A stretch of 39,589 nt of DNA. Source: Vezdaea acicularis. Taxonomy: Eukaryota. The stretch lies in NCBI GenBank assembly GCA_026025075.1, contig JAPEUI010000064.1:62001-101589 (forward strand), read 5' to 3'. Shown here one piece after another: positions 39,564-39,589 of the stretch (its first letter is position 1; each line of letters starts with the position of its first letter). The notes below the pieces were generated by a model. That model saw nothing but the letters and a program-made list of their open reading frames with translations. It made no database searches and was not told where the DNA came from. Both the position numbers and the translations under genes were made by a program.

Positions 39564-39589
39564 GCCAAAGACCTAACTCCAGCGCTACC

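Overview
Eukaryotic fungal genomic DNA, most likely a filamentous ascomycete (short GT-AG introns with CTRAC/CTAAC branch sites). From about 12 kb onward the window is mostly housekeeping genes: cofilin, HSP60, GET5/MDY2, NOP2, HSF1, a WCPSC thioredoxin-like protein, histone H2A.Z, PIN4, CWC27, DYS1 and an AYR1-like SDR. The notable feature is largely hidden from the ORF track because introns split the key domain. Manual splicing reveals a cluster of seven highly diverged genes (six in 1-10.1 kb, a seventh at 16.2-18.4 kb beyond cofilin/HSP60). Each encodes one N-terminal ~55-aa Myb/SANT-like helical domain followed by a disordered, charged tail, and three carry an RGRKP AT-hook-like motif. 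Two pairs share intron positions. Four members have CTGTGATRG in sense orientation 585-810 bp upstream of the ATG, and a fifth has a one-mismatch copy. This looks like an old, possibly co-regulated array of DNA/chromatin-binding paralogues whose function I do not know. A long hairpin lies at the right edge. All gene models were spliced by eye and no database searches were run.
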